Origin: Candidatus Latescibacterota bacterium
GTDB lineage: Bacteria; Latescibacterota; UBA2968; UBA8231
Assembly: GCA_007571365.1 (NCBI GenBank)
Contig: RKRN01000058.1
Coordinates: forward strand, 3,842-67,841
Length of the DNA stretch: 64,000 bases
Reading direction: 5' to 3'
Made by a program: the position numbers and the translations under genes. Below the pieces are notes generated by a model. The model ran no database searches, was not told where the DNA came from, and saw nothing but the letters and a program-made list of their open reading frames with translations. Below are positions 40,020 through 47,426 of the stretch, piece after piece. Each line of letters opens with the position of its first letter. Within the stretch, counting starts at the first letter, position 1.

Positions 40020-41144
40020 TTAAACTCTCAACGCGCTCGCGACAGATTTTGCGATGGCATAGCTCACCGGAGGACAAACGGAATTGCCGATTTGGCCAAG
40101 GATCTGGTACACAGCACCTTCAAAGAGCCAATCTGCTGGAAACCCTTGCAGAAGAGCACAGTCTTGGACGGAAAGCCTAAAATGTCCATTCTCTGGGGGG
40201 AACATCACGGCTTCCTCTCTCGACTTTTGTACACCATTCGGCCAAATCTGTAGCCTCTGCCAAACTTTTTGACTAGCCTTGCTATTTAGAATGCTAGTCG
40301 TCTTTCTCGGACCAGTAAAACCAGAACGGAGAGTCGGGGCAAAACAATCAAAACCAATGTCCGCTAGCCCCAAAGCCGCCCTAGCACCCAACGTATAGAT
40401 GCCCGATGAAAACAGACTATCGTTGGAGAAGTGCGTTGCCTGCGGGACCTCGAATTCACTAGCTGCTTTGGGCGATCTAAATCCGACGAAGATGATCCGC
40501 TTTCGCACTTGGGGAACGCCGAAGTCGGAGGCAACAGCTTTGAACTTGGCGATGCGATAGCTCGGCTCTAACGGTGCTAGAATAGTCTTGTGTACGTAGT
40601 TATTGAACTTAGGATTCAGGAGTCCCGGAACATTTTCGGCTACGAACGCAGCGGGTTTGACAGCCATCACGGCGTCAATAAACGCCGGCCACATATCCCT
40701 AGTATCCTCACTCCCACTTTGCCTCCCAGCAACTGAGAAAGGCTGGCATGGAGGGCCGCCGTGGATGAGATCGACCGTGCCTTTATAGGCTGTCCACTTG
40801 ACCTTTGTTACATCGCCATATTGACCAGAAAAGACCTTCCATTGGGGGCGATTGCGCCGTAGCGTAGCACCGCAAATATCCAAGGCATCAAAACTGGCAA
40901 TATGCTCAAAACCGGCACGGTCAAAACCTAGGTCTAGACCGCCACCCCCTGAAAACAGGGATAGCACCCGCAAACCCTGTTGTCGCTGTTGGGGCATTAG
41001 TTTATTTAGCTCCAAAACCGGCTTGTTAATTCCGCTTAGATCGCGTTGAAACTCACCGCGGATCGCTGCCTGTTTTCGCTGTCTAGATCGCGCCGAGATT
41101 TCCCGGTACCAGTCTCTTTTTAGTTGTGATATGTCGTAGGGCAT
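40020..41144 (-). CDS. dcm: DNA (cytosine-5)-methyltransferase
   Basis: Motif I FSGGGGLDLGF, IV GGPPCQPFS, VI AENVPGL, and X QIGNSVCPPV. The true start is ATG 41144. Lower GC than neighbours. Confidence 0.9.
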   Translation of the reverse strand: MPYDISQLKRDWYREISARSRQRKQAAIRGEFQRDLSGINKPVLELNKLMPQQRQQGLRVLSLFSGGGGLDLGFDRAGFEHIASFDALDICGATLRRNRPQWKVFSGQYGDVTKVKWTAYKGTVDLIHGGPPCQPFSVAGRQSGSEDTRDMWPAFIDAVMAVKPAAFVAENVPGLLNPKFNNYVHKTILAPLEPSYRIAKFKAVASDFGVPQVRKRIIFVGFRSPKAASEFEVPQATHFSNDSLFSSGIYTLGARAALGLADIGFDCFAPTLRSGFTGPRKTTSILNSKASQKVWQRLQIWPNGVQKSREEAVMFPPENGHFRLSVQDCALLQGFPADWLFEGAVYQILGQIGNSVCPPVSYAIAKSVASALRV

Positions 41145-41167
41145 GATTGTCTCGTAGTGGAATCGAG

Positions 41168-41193
41168 CGGTCAAACTTCGGCAAACCGGCAAC
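41168..41193. repeat. Copy of the last ~26 nt of the SNF2 gene
   Basis: cggtcaaacttcggcaaaccggcaacc compared with cggtcagacttcggcaaatcccgtcggcaacc at 41234..41265. Confidence 0.7.
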
Positions 41194-41197
41194 CGCT

Positions 41198-41216
41198 GGC
41201 GGGCGAGACGCCCGCC
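41198..41216. repeat. REP-like hairpin GGCGGGCG-AGA-CGCCCGCC, copy 1
   Basis: 8-bp GC stem. The core GCGGGCGAGACGCCCGC and a following CCCA-GG tail recur at 52510..52535. Confidence 0.7.
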
Positions 41217-41236
41217 CTCCCAGGAGGATCGCACGG

Positions 41237-42991
41237 TCAGACTTCGGCAAATCCCGTCGGCAACCCCTCTCCCTTGACTAGGGCCTCCTTCAACGCCCGC
41301 GCATGTTGGCAAATCCCCCGATAAGAAAATCCCTTACAACTGCAACTTATGTCGTTTCCTTCTACCTCCAACTCGTAGAAAGCCCCCGGCCTCGACGAGC
41401 TGTCTGCCCGATACACAGCCCGCTTTGGCCCGGCCAACACCCGCGCCAACACTTGCACGGCCGCGGCCGACGGCAAGCGCGACTGGGCCTGCGCGGAGAC
41501 GGCGGGCTGTGCGGCGACAAAAGCCGCCTCGGCCTCGCGCAACAATTCCACTACTTGCTGCTCGTCCATCGCACCCGTGGGCGGCGCGGGCAGCACCGCC
41601 AGCACCCGCCGCAACTCGTCCATCACGTCGCGCTGGAAATGTTCGGGCAAAGCGCGGCCCTCGACGAGTTGGTCGATCAGCACCGACTTGGTTTCGAGGA
41701 CCGTCTTGACGAATTCGTCGATTGTGTTGCTGCCGACCATGTACGTGACGTTGACAGCTTGCTGTTGCCCGATGCGGTAGGCCCGGTCTTCGGCCTGCCA
41801 GTGGTTGACCGGCACCCAGTCGAGATCGTTGAAAACCACCTGCCGCGCGGCCGTCAGGTTGAGCCCGACCCCGCCAGCGGTAATCTGCGCCGCCAGCACC
41901 TGCACTGTTTTGTCCTCCTGAAAGCGATCGGCCCGTTGTTGCCGCTCGCTCGCGGGCACTTCGCCAGTGATGGCTACGGCCTTTGAGCCGAAGTGCTTGC
42001 GCAGCGTGTTGACCGGGGCGAGAAAACACGAGAAAACCAAGACCTTTTCGCCCTGTTCTAAGGCGTTTTCGACAAAGGGAATCGTGCTGCGGACCTTGGC
42101 CATGGCCAAGCGATTGCGCGCGGTGGTTAGCTGGCCCATGATCCAGCCCTGCCGCGAGCGGCGCGCGGCTTCGGTCTCGCCGGCCAGCTTGGCTTGGCCC
42201 CGGCGCGAGATGGTCTGCAACAGCTCCATTACCGCCTCGCTCAGCTCGCGCGCCACTCGGCTGGCGACCTCCACATCGTGCCAACTGCGAATTTTGGGCG
42301 GCAGGTCGAGGACTTCGGCCTTGGTGCGACGCAGCATGATGCCGTGCAACTGCACGGTCAGCTCTTCGATATTGGAGGCTCCGTCGGCGACCCAACCGTA
42401 CTCGCCCTTGTAGCCGGCGCAATAGTGCTTGGCAAACGAGACGAACGAACGCCCCAAGGCGTGGCGCACTAATTGCAACAGGGGGAAAAGATCGCGCGGC
42501 CGGCTCGTCAACGGCGTACCGGTCAACAGGTGGACCACCGCCTCGTCGCCGACGGCTTTGACCAAGGCCAGCGACAGGCGGTGCCGCTGGCTGCGGTAGT
42601 TTTTGAGATAGTGAGCCTCGTCGAAGACTAGGCCGCTCCAAGTGTGCTCGGCCAGCGGGTGTTTGGCGAGGATATCGTAGTTGATGATGACCCAGCCGGC
42701 ATAGCCGGGCACTGGCGCGGGTGCCGGGCCGACGATGGCGATTTCTGCCGTCGGCAGCACCAGTTCAATCTCACGTGCCCAGTTGGTTTTGACCGCGGCC
42801 GGGCAGACGACTAAGTACGGCCCCTCGGGCCGCGCTTGGCGCATGGCCAGCACGGACTGCCGCGTCTTGCCCAGCCCCATGTCGTCGGCGAGAATCGCCC
42901 GCTGACGACCCAACAAAAAGGCAATGCCCTCGACTTGGTGGGCGTATAGCCCGGCCGCTAGGGCCTCGGCCTGTTGTTGTGCTGTGCTCAT
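41237..42991 (-). CDS. SNF2-family helicase with C-terminal SWIM zinc finger
   Basis: DDMGLGKT, DEAHYLKN and QAEDRAYRIGQ. SWIM motif CSCKGFSYRGICQHARAL. Confidence 0.9.
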   Translation of the reverse strand: MSTAQQQAEALAAGLYAHQVEGIAFLLGRQRAILADDMGLGKTRQSVLAMRQARPEGPYLVVCPAAVKTNWAREIELVLPTAEIAIVGPAPAPVPGYAGWVIINYDILAKHPLAEHTWSGLVFDEAHYLKNYRSQRHRLSLALVKAVGDEAVVHLLTGTPLTSRPRDLFPLLQLVRHALGRSFVSFAKHYCAGYKGEYGWVADGASNIEELTVQLHGIMLRRTKAEVLDLPPKIRSWHDVEVASRVARELSEAVMELLQTISRRGQAKLAGETEAARRSRQGWIMGQLTTARNRLAMAKVRSTIPFVENALEQGEKVLVFSCFLAPVNTLRKHFGSKAVAITGEVPASERQQRADRFQEDKTVQVLAAQITAGGVGLNLTAARQVVFNDLDWVPVNHWQAEDRAYRIGQQQAVNVTYMVGSNTIDEFVKTVLETKSVLIDQLVEGRALPEHFQRDVMDELRRVLAVLPAPPTGAMDEQQVVELLREAEAAFVAAQPAVSAQAQSRLPSAAAVQVLARVLAGPKRAVYRADSSSRPGAFYELEVEGNDISCSCKGFSYRGICQHARALKEALVKGEGLPTGFAEV

Positions 42992-43202
42992 AGACGCTCG
43001 GTTGCGTGGGGATATCTCTCTGAAGGCTACTCAGTCCAGCGCCTTGTCTACAAACAAGCATTCTATATGCCTGCTCCAGGCTACCTAGGCACCAAGTGGG
43101 TGTAAGATTCTGTCCTACGAAGGCAGAGGTAAGGCAGAAAGCGTCATGTTCGTCACAGTCGTCAGGATAATGGATTCTTGAGGCGACGCCCCTCGTCGTC
43201 AA

Positions 43203-43346
43203 TCACCACGCCGCGGCTCGGCCGACGATCGCTCCAGTGCCAGTCCGGTTAAACCGACCCCCATGAAGACGCGCTCCCTCTCCCGAGAGCGGCGACCAAG
43301 ACCAGTGCGGGTTGTATGCACGGTACACGAACTCTTGGAACCGCAT
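43203..43346 (-). pseudogene. 3'-truncated RES-domain toxin remnant (47 codons)
   Basis: MRFQEFVYRAYNPHWSWSPLSGEGARLHGGRFNRTGTGA matches only the N-terminal part of RES toxins. TGATG overlap with the antitoxin stop. Confidence 0.6.
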
Positions 43347-43753
43347 CAGGCATAACCACCAGCGACGATCCGGTCGAGATGAGCAGGCACTTGGTCTGCA
43401 CGGCCTTGCCGCAGAAGTTGGTTGGGCGTTAGACCGCCGAAGCCCGGCAAAGGCCCCGCACGGAACCAAGCATAAGCGGCCAGTTCGGAACCGGTTTGAA
43501 CTTCAACTCGGTGGAGAATCTCCAACATCTGCCGTAGTCGCGTCTGCGTCTTCTGCGCTCGGATCTGCGGGGCACACGAAAAGGCATCGCGGCCAAGCCC
43601 TAGCGTACCGGCAATTTCGGCCCGAGTCGTATGCAATGCATTCGCGACGAGCGTCGGCGAGAACACCCGATCTTCGACGAATTCTTCAAACGGCATGACG
43701 ATACCTCGTGTTTTGTTAGAAACCCCTGTCGGGCTGCTTTGCGAGGCAGTCAT
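43346..43753 (-). CDS. Xre/MbcA/ParS-type antitoxin (HTH plus DUF2384-like toxin-binding domain)
   Basis: AAYAWFRAGPLPGFGGLTPNQLLRQGRADQVPAHLDRI C-terminal pattern. Confidence 0.75.
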   Translation of the reverse strand: MTASQSSPTGVSNKTRGIVMPFEEFVEDRVFSPTLVANALHTTRAEIAGTLGLGRDAFSCAPQIRAQKTQTRLRQMLEILHRVEVQTGSELAAYAWFRAGPLPGFGGLTPNQLLRQGRADQVPAHLDRIVAGGYA

Positions 43754-43810
43754 AGCCCCGAAACGGGTCGAATAGTGAGCATATGGATACCCTTCTACGG
43801 CGTCAATAAA

Positions 43811-44028
43811 TAACTGACGTTACGCAGTGGCGTTAGCGGCCGTCGGCCCCTTGGGCGTTGTTCCGTGGTTGGGCTTCGACACGGTCAGCCGCTGGCGGTA
43901 TGCCCGGCGCCGGTCGAACCGTAGGGACAGACCTAGGTGTCTGTCCAAAAAAGAATCCGCCGACGGCGGTGTGCCTTGCGCTTGTCGAAGGGCATGACTC
44001 CATGGAAGCGGACTGCGTAACGTCAGTA
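43811..44028. mobile_element. MITE-like element, copy C (218 bp)
   Basis: TIRs TAACTGACGTTACGCAG and CTGCGTAACGTCAGTA. Internal hairpin GGACAGAC..GTCTGTCC. The subterminal GGCATGAC motif is shared with copy B. Confidence 0.65.
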
Positions 44029-44063
44029 AATGGAAACGATGGGTTTACTCCCAATCAGGTGTT

Positions 44064-44151
44064 GCCTTCGACTTGGTGGACGTACAGTTCGACCGTAGGG
44101 CCTCGGCTTGTTGTTGGGCGGTCGTCATAGATGCGCGATTGCTTCGGGGTG
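44064..44151 (-). repeat. Remnant copy of the SNF2 gene 5' end plus its upstream ~25 nt
   Basis: Aligns to 42926..43013. Would encode MTTAQQQAEAL..LYVHQVEG with a frameshift, compared with resident MSTAQQQAEALAAGLYAHQVEG. Confidence 0.85.
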
Positions 44152-44303
44152 CTCCGCGTAGTCGTAGGATTTAAGGCGACGGGGATGACTAGGGGCGAGT
44201 CTTTGCCAGCTATCGTGTGAAATACCACTCTGAAACTAGCGGCTTTGATAATGCCGGTGACGCCCTGTAGTTTACAATACGGAACGGCAGGCGCCTCTCG
44301 ATT

Positions 44304-46286
44304 ATGGGTCGGCTGCGGAAAGACGTGGCGACTAACAAAATCTCGGCAAAGGCGAATGTGACAGAAGGCCAACCACAGCGCGGCGTTTCCAAACGGGCGG
44401 TTTTTGTCGGCCTGCTTTGCGCTACTGCGATCTCCTGCGGGGAATCCTATGGTACGCTGGTGGTGCGCGGTTCGGCTATGGCCGCCGATTATTCCACGGG
44501 TGCCGCTATCTTCTTGTTCTTCCTGATCACTTTGCTGCTCAATCCTCTCGCCCGTCTGCTCACTGGTTCGCGGCTCCACAGTGGCGAGTTGGCAACCGTG
44601 TACATAATGATGATCGTGGCTTCGGCGATTCCCTCTTGGGGTTTCGTTATGAACTTGATTCCGTTTTTAGGGGGGCTGTTTTACTTCGCCACGCCGGAGA
44701 ACGACTGGGCCAATATCATCCACCCGCACATCAAACCCTGGCTCGTGTCCCAAGACCGTGTGGCGATCTGGAAGCTCTTTGAAGGGGCGGCGCGGGGCGA
44801 ACCCGTGCCTTGGGGGCTATGGCACAAGCCGTTGTTGGCTTGGGGCTTCTTCATACTCAGCGTTTATTTTGTCACGCTCTGCATGCTAGTTATTCTGCGC
44901 AAGCAGTGGATGGAACACGAGCGTCTGCTCTTCCCGCTTTCGGTTCTGCCGCTCGAATTGGCCCAAGGGGAGCGGAGCCGTCTGCTGCCGCCATTGCTGC
45001 ACAACTATCTGACTTGGGTCGGCTTTTTGATCCCGTTTCTCATCAATCTCGTCAATGGCCTGCACTCCTACTTCAACTTCTTCCCCTTCATCCAGTTGAA
45101 TACCCGGCTGCGCTTTCTGCGCGAGTCCGTACGTCTGAACCTTTACCCGCGATTCGAGGTCATCGGGCTTTCGTATCTGTTGAGCCTCGATGTCTCGTTC
45201 GGCGTGTGGTTTTTCGCCTTTCTCGCGTATGTCCACACGGGGGTTGAGCGTCTGCTTGGCTGGAGCATTGGCCCGTCGCAGCCCTACTCAATGCCCGCTT
45301 CGGCCAGCGTCGCCCATCTGGCGCAGGGCGCGATGTTCTTTTTGGTCTTTTCCATCCTGTGGGCGGCGCGCCAACATATCGGCGACGTGCTCCGCAAAGC
45401 CTTCAAACGCGACCCGACGATTGACGACAGCAGCGAGATGTTTTCGTACCGCACGGCCGTGCTAGGTTTTATCTGCGGGTCGATCTTTGCCGTGTGGTGG
45501 CTGGCGCAAACCGGCCTGCAGTTCGGCATTGCATTTTTTTATTTTTTACTCTGCTTGGCCACGTTTATCGGTTTGGCGCGCATGGTCTCTCAGGCCGGCC
45601 TCGCCTACGGTGTATCACCGGTGGCCCCGCCGGTATTTATGGTCACGGCGTTCGGTCCAACCGTGCTTGGAGCGAGCGGGCTGACGGCACTCGGCATGAA
45701 CTTCCCTTGGACCGCCGACTTACGCACCTTCGTCATGGCCTCAGCGGCGACCGGCCTCAAGATCGCCGAGGTTGTGCGTTTGGAGGCTCGGCGGCTGTTT
45801 TGGGCGATCGCCGCGACCATAGTGGTCACCCTGATTTCCGCGATATGGATGGTTACCACGTTGGCGTATAAATACGGTGGCATCAATCTCGGGGGTTGGG
45901 GTTTCGGCGGCTTGACCCAACTGACGGGTAACTGGATCGCGCACAATATCAACAACCCGCAGGAAATCTACGGCTGGCACCTCATCTACACCGGCATCGG
46001 CAGTGCGGTCATGGCCGGGCTGAGCTTTCTCAAGGCGCGTTTCGTCGGCTTCCCGATCCATCCCATTGGCCTCGTCCTCGGTCTGACCTACCCGATCAGC
46101 CAGATTTGGTTTTCGGTCTTTATCGCTTGGGCTTGCAAAGCGGTCATTTTGAAATACGGCGGGGCCAAGGGCTACCGCCTGCTGCGCCCGCTCTTTCTCG
46201 GCATGGTGCTGGGGGCTTTTGGCTCGGCGGGCATGTGGTTGATCATCGACTATTTTGGCGGCATGGCGAACTGGTTTACCATGTAA
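44304..46286 (+). CDS. Large polytopic membrane protein (12 or more TM helices), unknown function
   Basis: 660-aa ORF with hydrophobic helices throughout. No transporter signature recognised. Confidence 0.75.
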   Translation: MGRLRKDVATNKISAKANVTEGQPQRGVSKRAVFVGLLCATAISCGESYGTLVVRGSAMAADYSTGAAIFLFFLITLLLNPLARLLTGSRLHSGELATVYIMMIVASAIPSWGFVMNLIPFLGGLFYFATPENDWANIIHPHIKPWLVSQDRVAIWKLFEGAARGEPVPWGLWHKPLLAWGFFILSVYFVTLCMLVILRKQWMEHERLLFPLSVLPLELAQGERSRLLPPLLHNYLTWVGFLIPFLINLVNGLHSYFNFFPFIQLNTRLRFLRESVRLNLYPRFEVIGLSYLLSLDVSFGVWFFAFLAYVHTGVERLLGWSIGPSQPYSMPASASVAHLAQGAMFFLVFSILWAARQHIGDVLRKAFKRDPTIDDSSEMFSYRTAVLGFICGSIFAVWWLAQTGLQFGIAFFYFLLCLATFIGLARMVSQAGLAYGVSPVAPPVFMVTAFGPTVLGASGLTALGMNFPWTADLRTFVMASAATGLKIAEVVRLEARRLFWAIAATIVVTLISAIWMVTTLAYKYGGINLGGWGFGGLTQLTGNWIAHNINNPQEIYGWHLIYTGIGSAVMAGLSFLKARFVGFPIHPIGLVLGLTYPISQIWFSVFIAWACKAVILKYGGAKGYRLLRPLFLGMVLGAFGSAGMWLIIDYFGGMANWFTM

Positions 46287-46307
46287 ATTGGGGCGCGGCG
46301 TGGTGCC

Positions 46308-47426
46308 TTACCTCCCAAGCTCTAGCACTTCCTTGATCCGCGCTGCCAAGAGTTCCGCGTCGTCGTCGGCCACTGTGGGCATCGACAAGTGAAGCTGGCC
46401 TGGGGCGGCTGAGAGCCAGACCGCAGGATTGCCGTGGCGCAAGGCGACCTCGAGATCGGCGGCGGTGCGGCCGAGTGCTTGTTCGTCCAAAGTCAAAATC
46501 AGGGACGGGCCCTGGACCGCGCTTTGCACGTGGGGGAGTTCGCCTAGATGCTGGCGCACGGCCTCGGCGCGGCGGGTGTCGCTTTGGTTGCGGGCGTCGT
46601 GGTTCAGGGCCAGCCAGCGGCGCAGGGCCACGACCACGCCGACGACCTCTTGGCGGTCGATTTTGAGCGGGCGGCCAATCCCCTCTAGGTCGCGGGTCTC
46701 AAAGCAGGCGAAGCTGTGCAAGTGGGCGGCTGCGATTAAGTCGGCGCGGCCGCAGAGGATGCCCGAAGAGTTGGGTGCGCCCACGTACTTGGCCCCATAG
46801 CCGACTAGGTCGGCTCCGGCCGCGATGTAGCGGGTCAAGCCGTCTAGGGGATAGACGCGGAAGGCCGCATCGACGAAGACCGGGACGCGACGGGCGTGGG
46901 CGATGTCAATGGCCGCGGCGAGCGGGACAATGGCGGCTGCGCTGTCGATGGCCGGGTAGAGCAGGGCGGCGGTTTGCGGGCCGATGGCCGCGGCGAGTTC
47001 GTCGGCTGTGGTGCCTTGCTCGCTGCCGGCCTCCACGAGCGCGACGCCGGGCAGGCGCACCACGCGGTCGTATTTGTAGCGCTGGGCCTTTTGGATGACC
47101 ACTTGGTTGGGCATGCCGGTTGAATCGGGTAGGCGGGCCATTTTGTCCGGGTCTGAGCCGGTGACACAGGCGGCTGTGCCGAGGACCAAGGCGGCGGCGC
47201 AGCCCGGGGTAATCAGCGCAGCTTCGGCCCCGAGCAGGTCGGCGACAATCCGCCCGGTGCTCGCCAAGAAGGCGTCCATGTCAACGTAGTAGCGGCCGGC
47301 CAGTTCCATGGCGGCGAGGACCTCCGGGTGGGGGGATGATCCTCCTAAAAGGGTGCGCGGGCCGAGGGCGTTGATCACTGGCGTCGCCCCCATATCCGCG
47401 TATAAGGCGCGGGCTTCCTCACTCAT
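46308..47426 (-). CDS. SelA-like / DgaE-like PLP-dependent enzyme
   Basis: GATPVINA...LGGS N-terminal pattern and GAKYVGAPNSSGIL (candidate PLP lysine). ATG 47426 overlaps the sppA stop by 8 nt. Confidence 0.65.
   Translation of the reverse strand: MSEEARALYADMGATPVINALGPRTLLGGSSPHPEVLAAMELAGRYYVDMDAFLASTGRIVADLLGAEAALITPGCAAALVLGTAACVTGSDPDKMARLPDSTGMPNQVVIQKAQRYKYDRVVRLPGVALVEAGSEQGTTADELAAAIGPQTAALLYPAIDSAAAIVPLAAAIDIAHARRVPVFVDAAFRVYPLDGLTRYIAAGADLVGYGAKYVGAPNSSGILCGRADLIAAAHLHSFACFETRDLEGIGRPLKIDRQEVVGVVVALRRWLALNHDARNQSDTRRAEAVRQHLGELPHVQSAVQGPSLILTLDEQALGRTAADLEVALRHGNPAVWLSAAPGQLHLSMPTVADDDAELLAARIKEVLELGR

Noticed and set aside
41145-41312. N-terminal extension of the Dcm ORF (track start 41312)
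   Set aside because: It would read through the REP hairpin and overlap the SNF2 3' end. Methyltransferase similarity and a clean ATG begin at 41144.
26978-42991. DISARM- or BREX-like system (large adenine MTase plus SNF2 helicase plus C5 MTase)
   Set aside because: The three genes are separated by core metabolic genes and independent insertion scars. They differ in GC content. No DrmA/DrmB/DrmC, PglZ, BrxC or similar partner was recognised in the window.
26400-44200. Prophage, integron or ICE explanation for the accessory region
   Set aside because: No integrase, attC-like sites, or capsid, terminase or conjugation genes were seen. The inserts are small, independent and separated by core genes.
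44055-44579. 174-aa minus-strand ORF
   Set aside because: It spans the SNF2 5' remnant, the intergenic promoter region and the 5' end of the membrane-protein gene on the other strand. There is no motif support.
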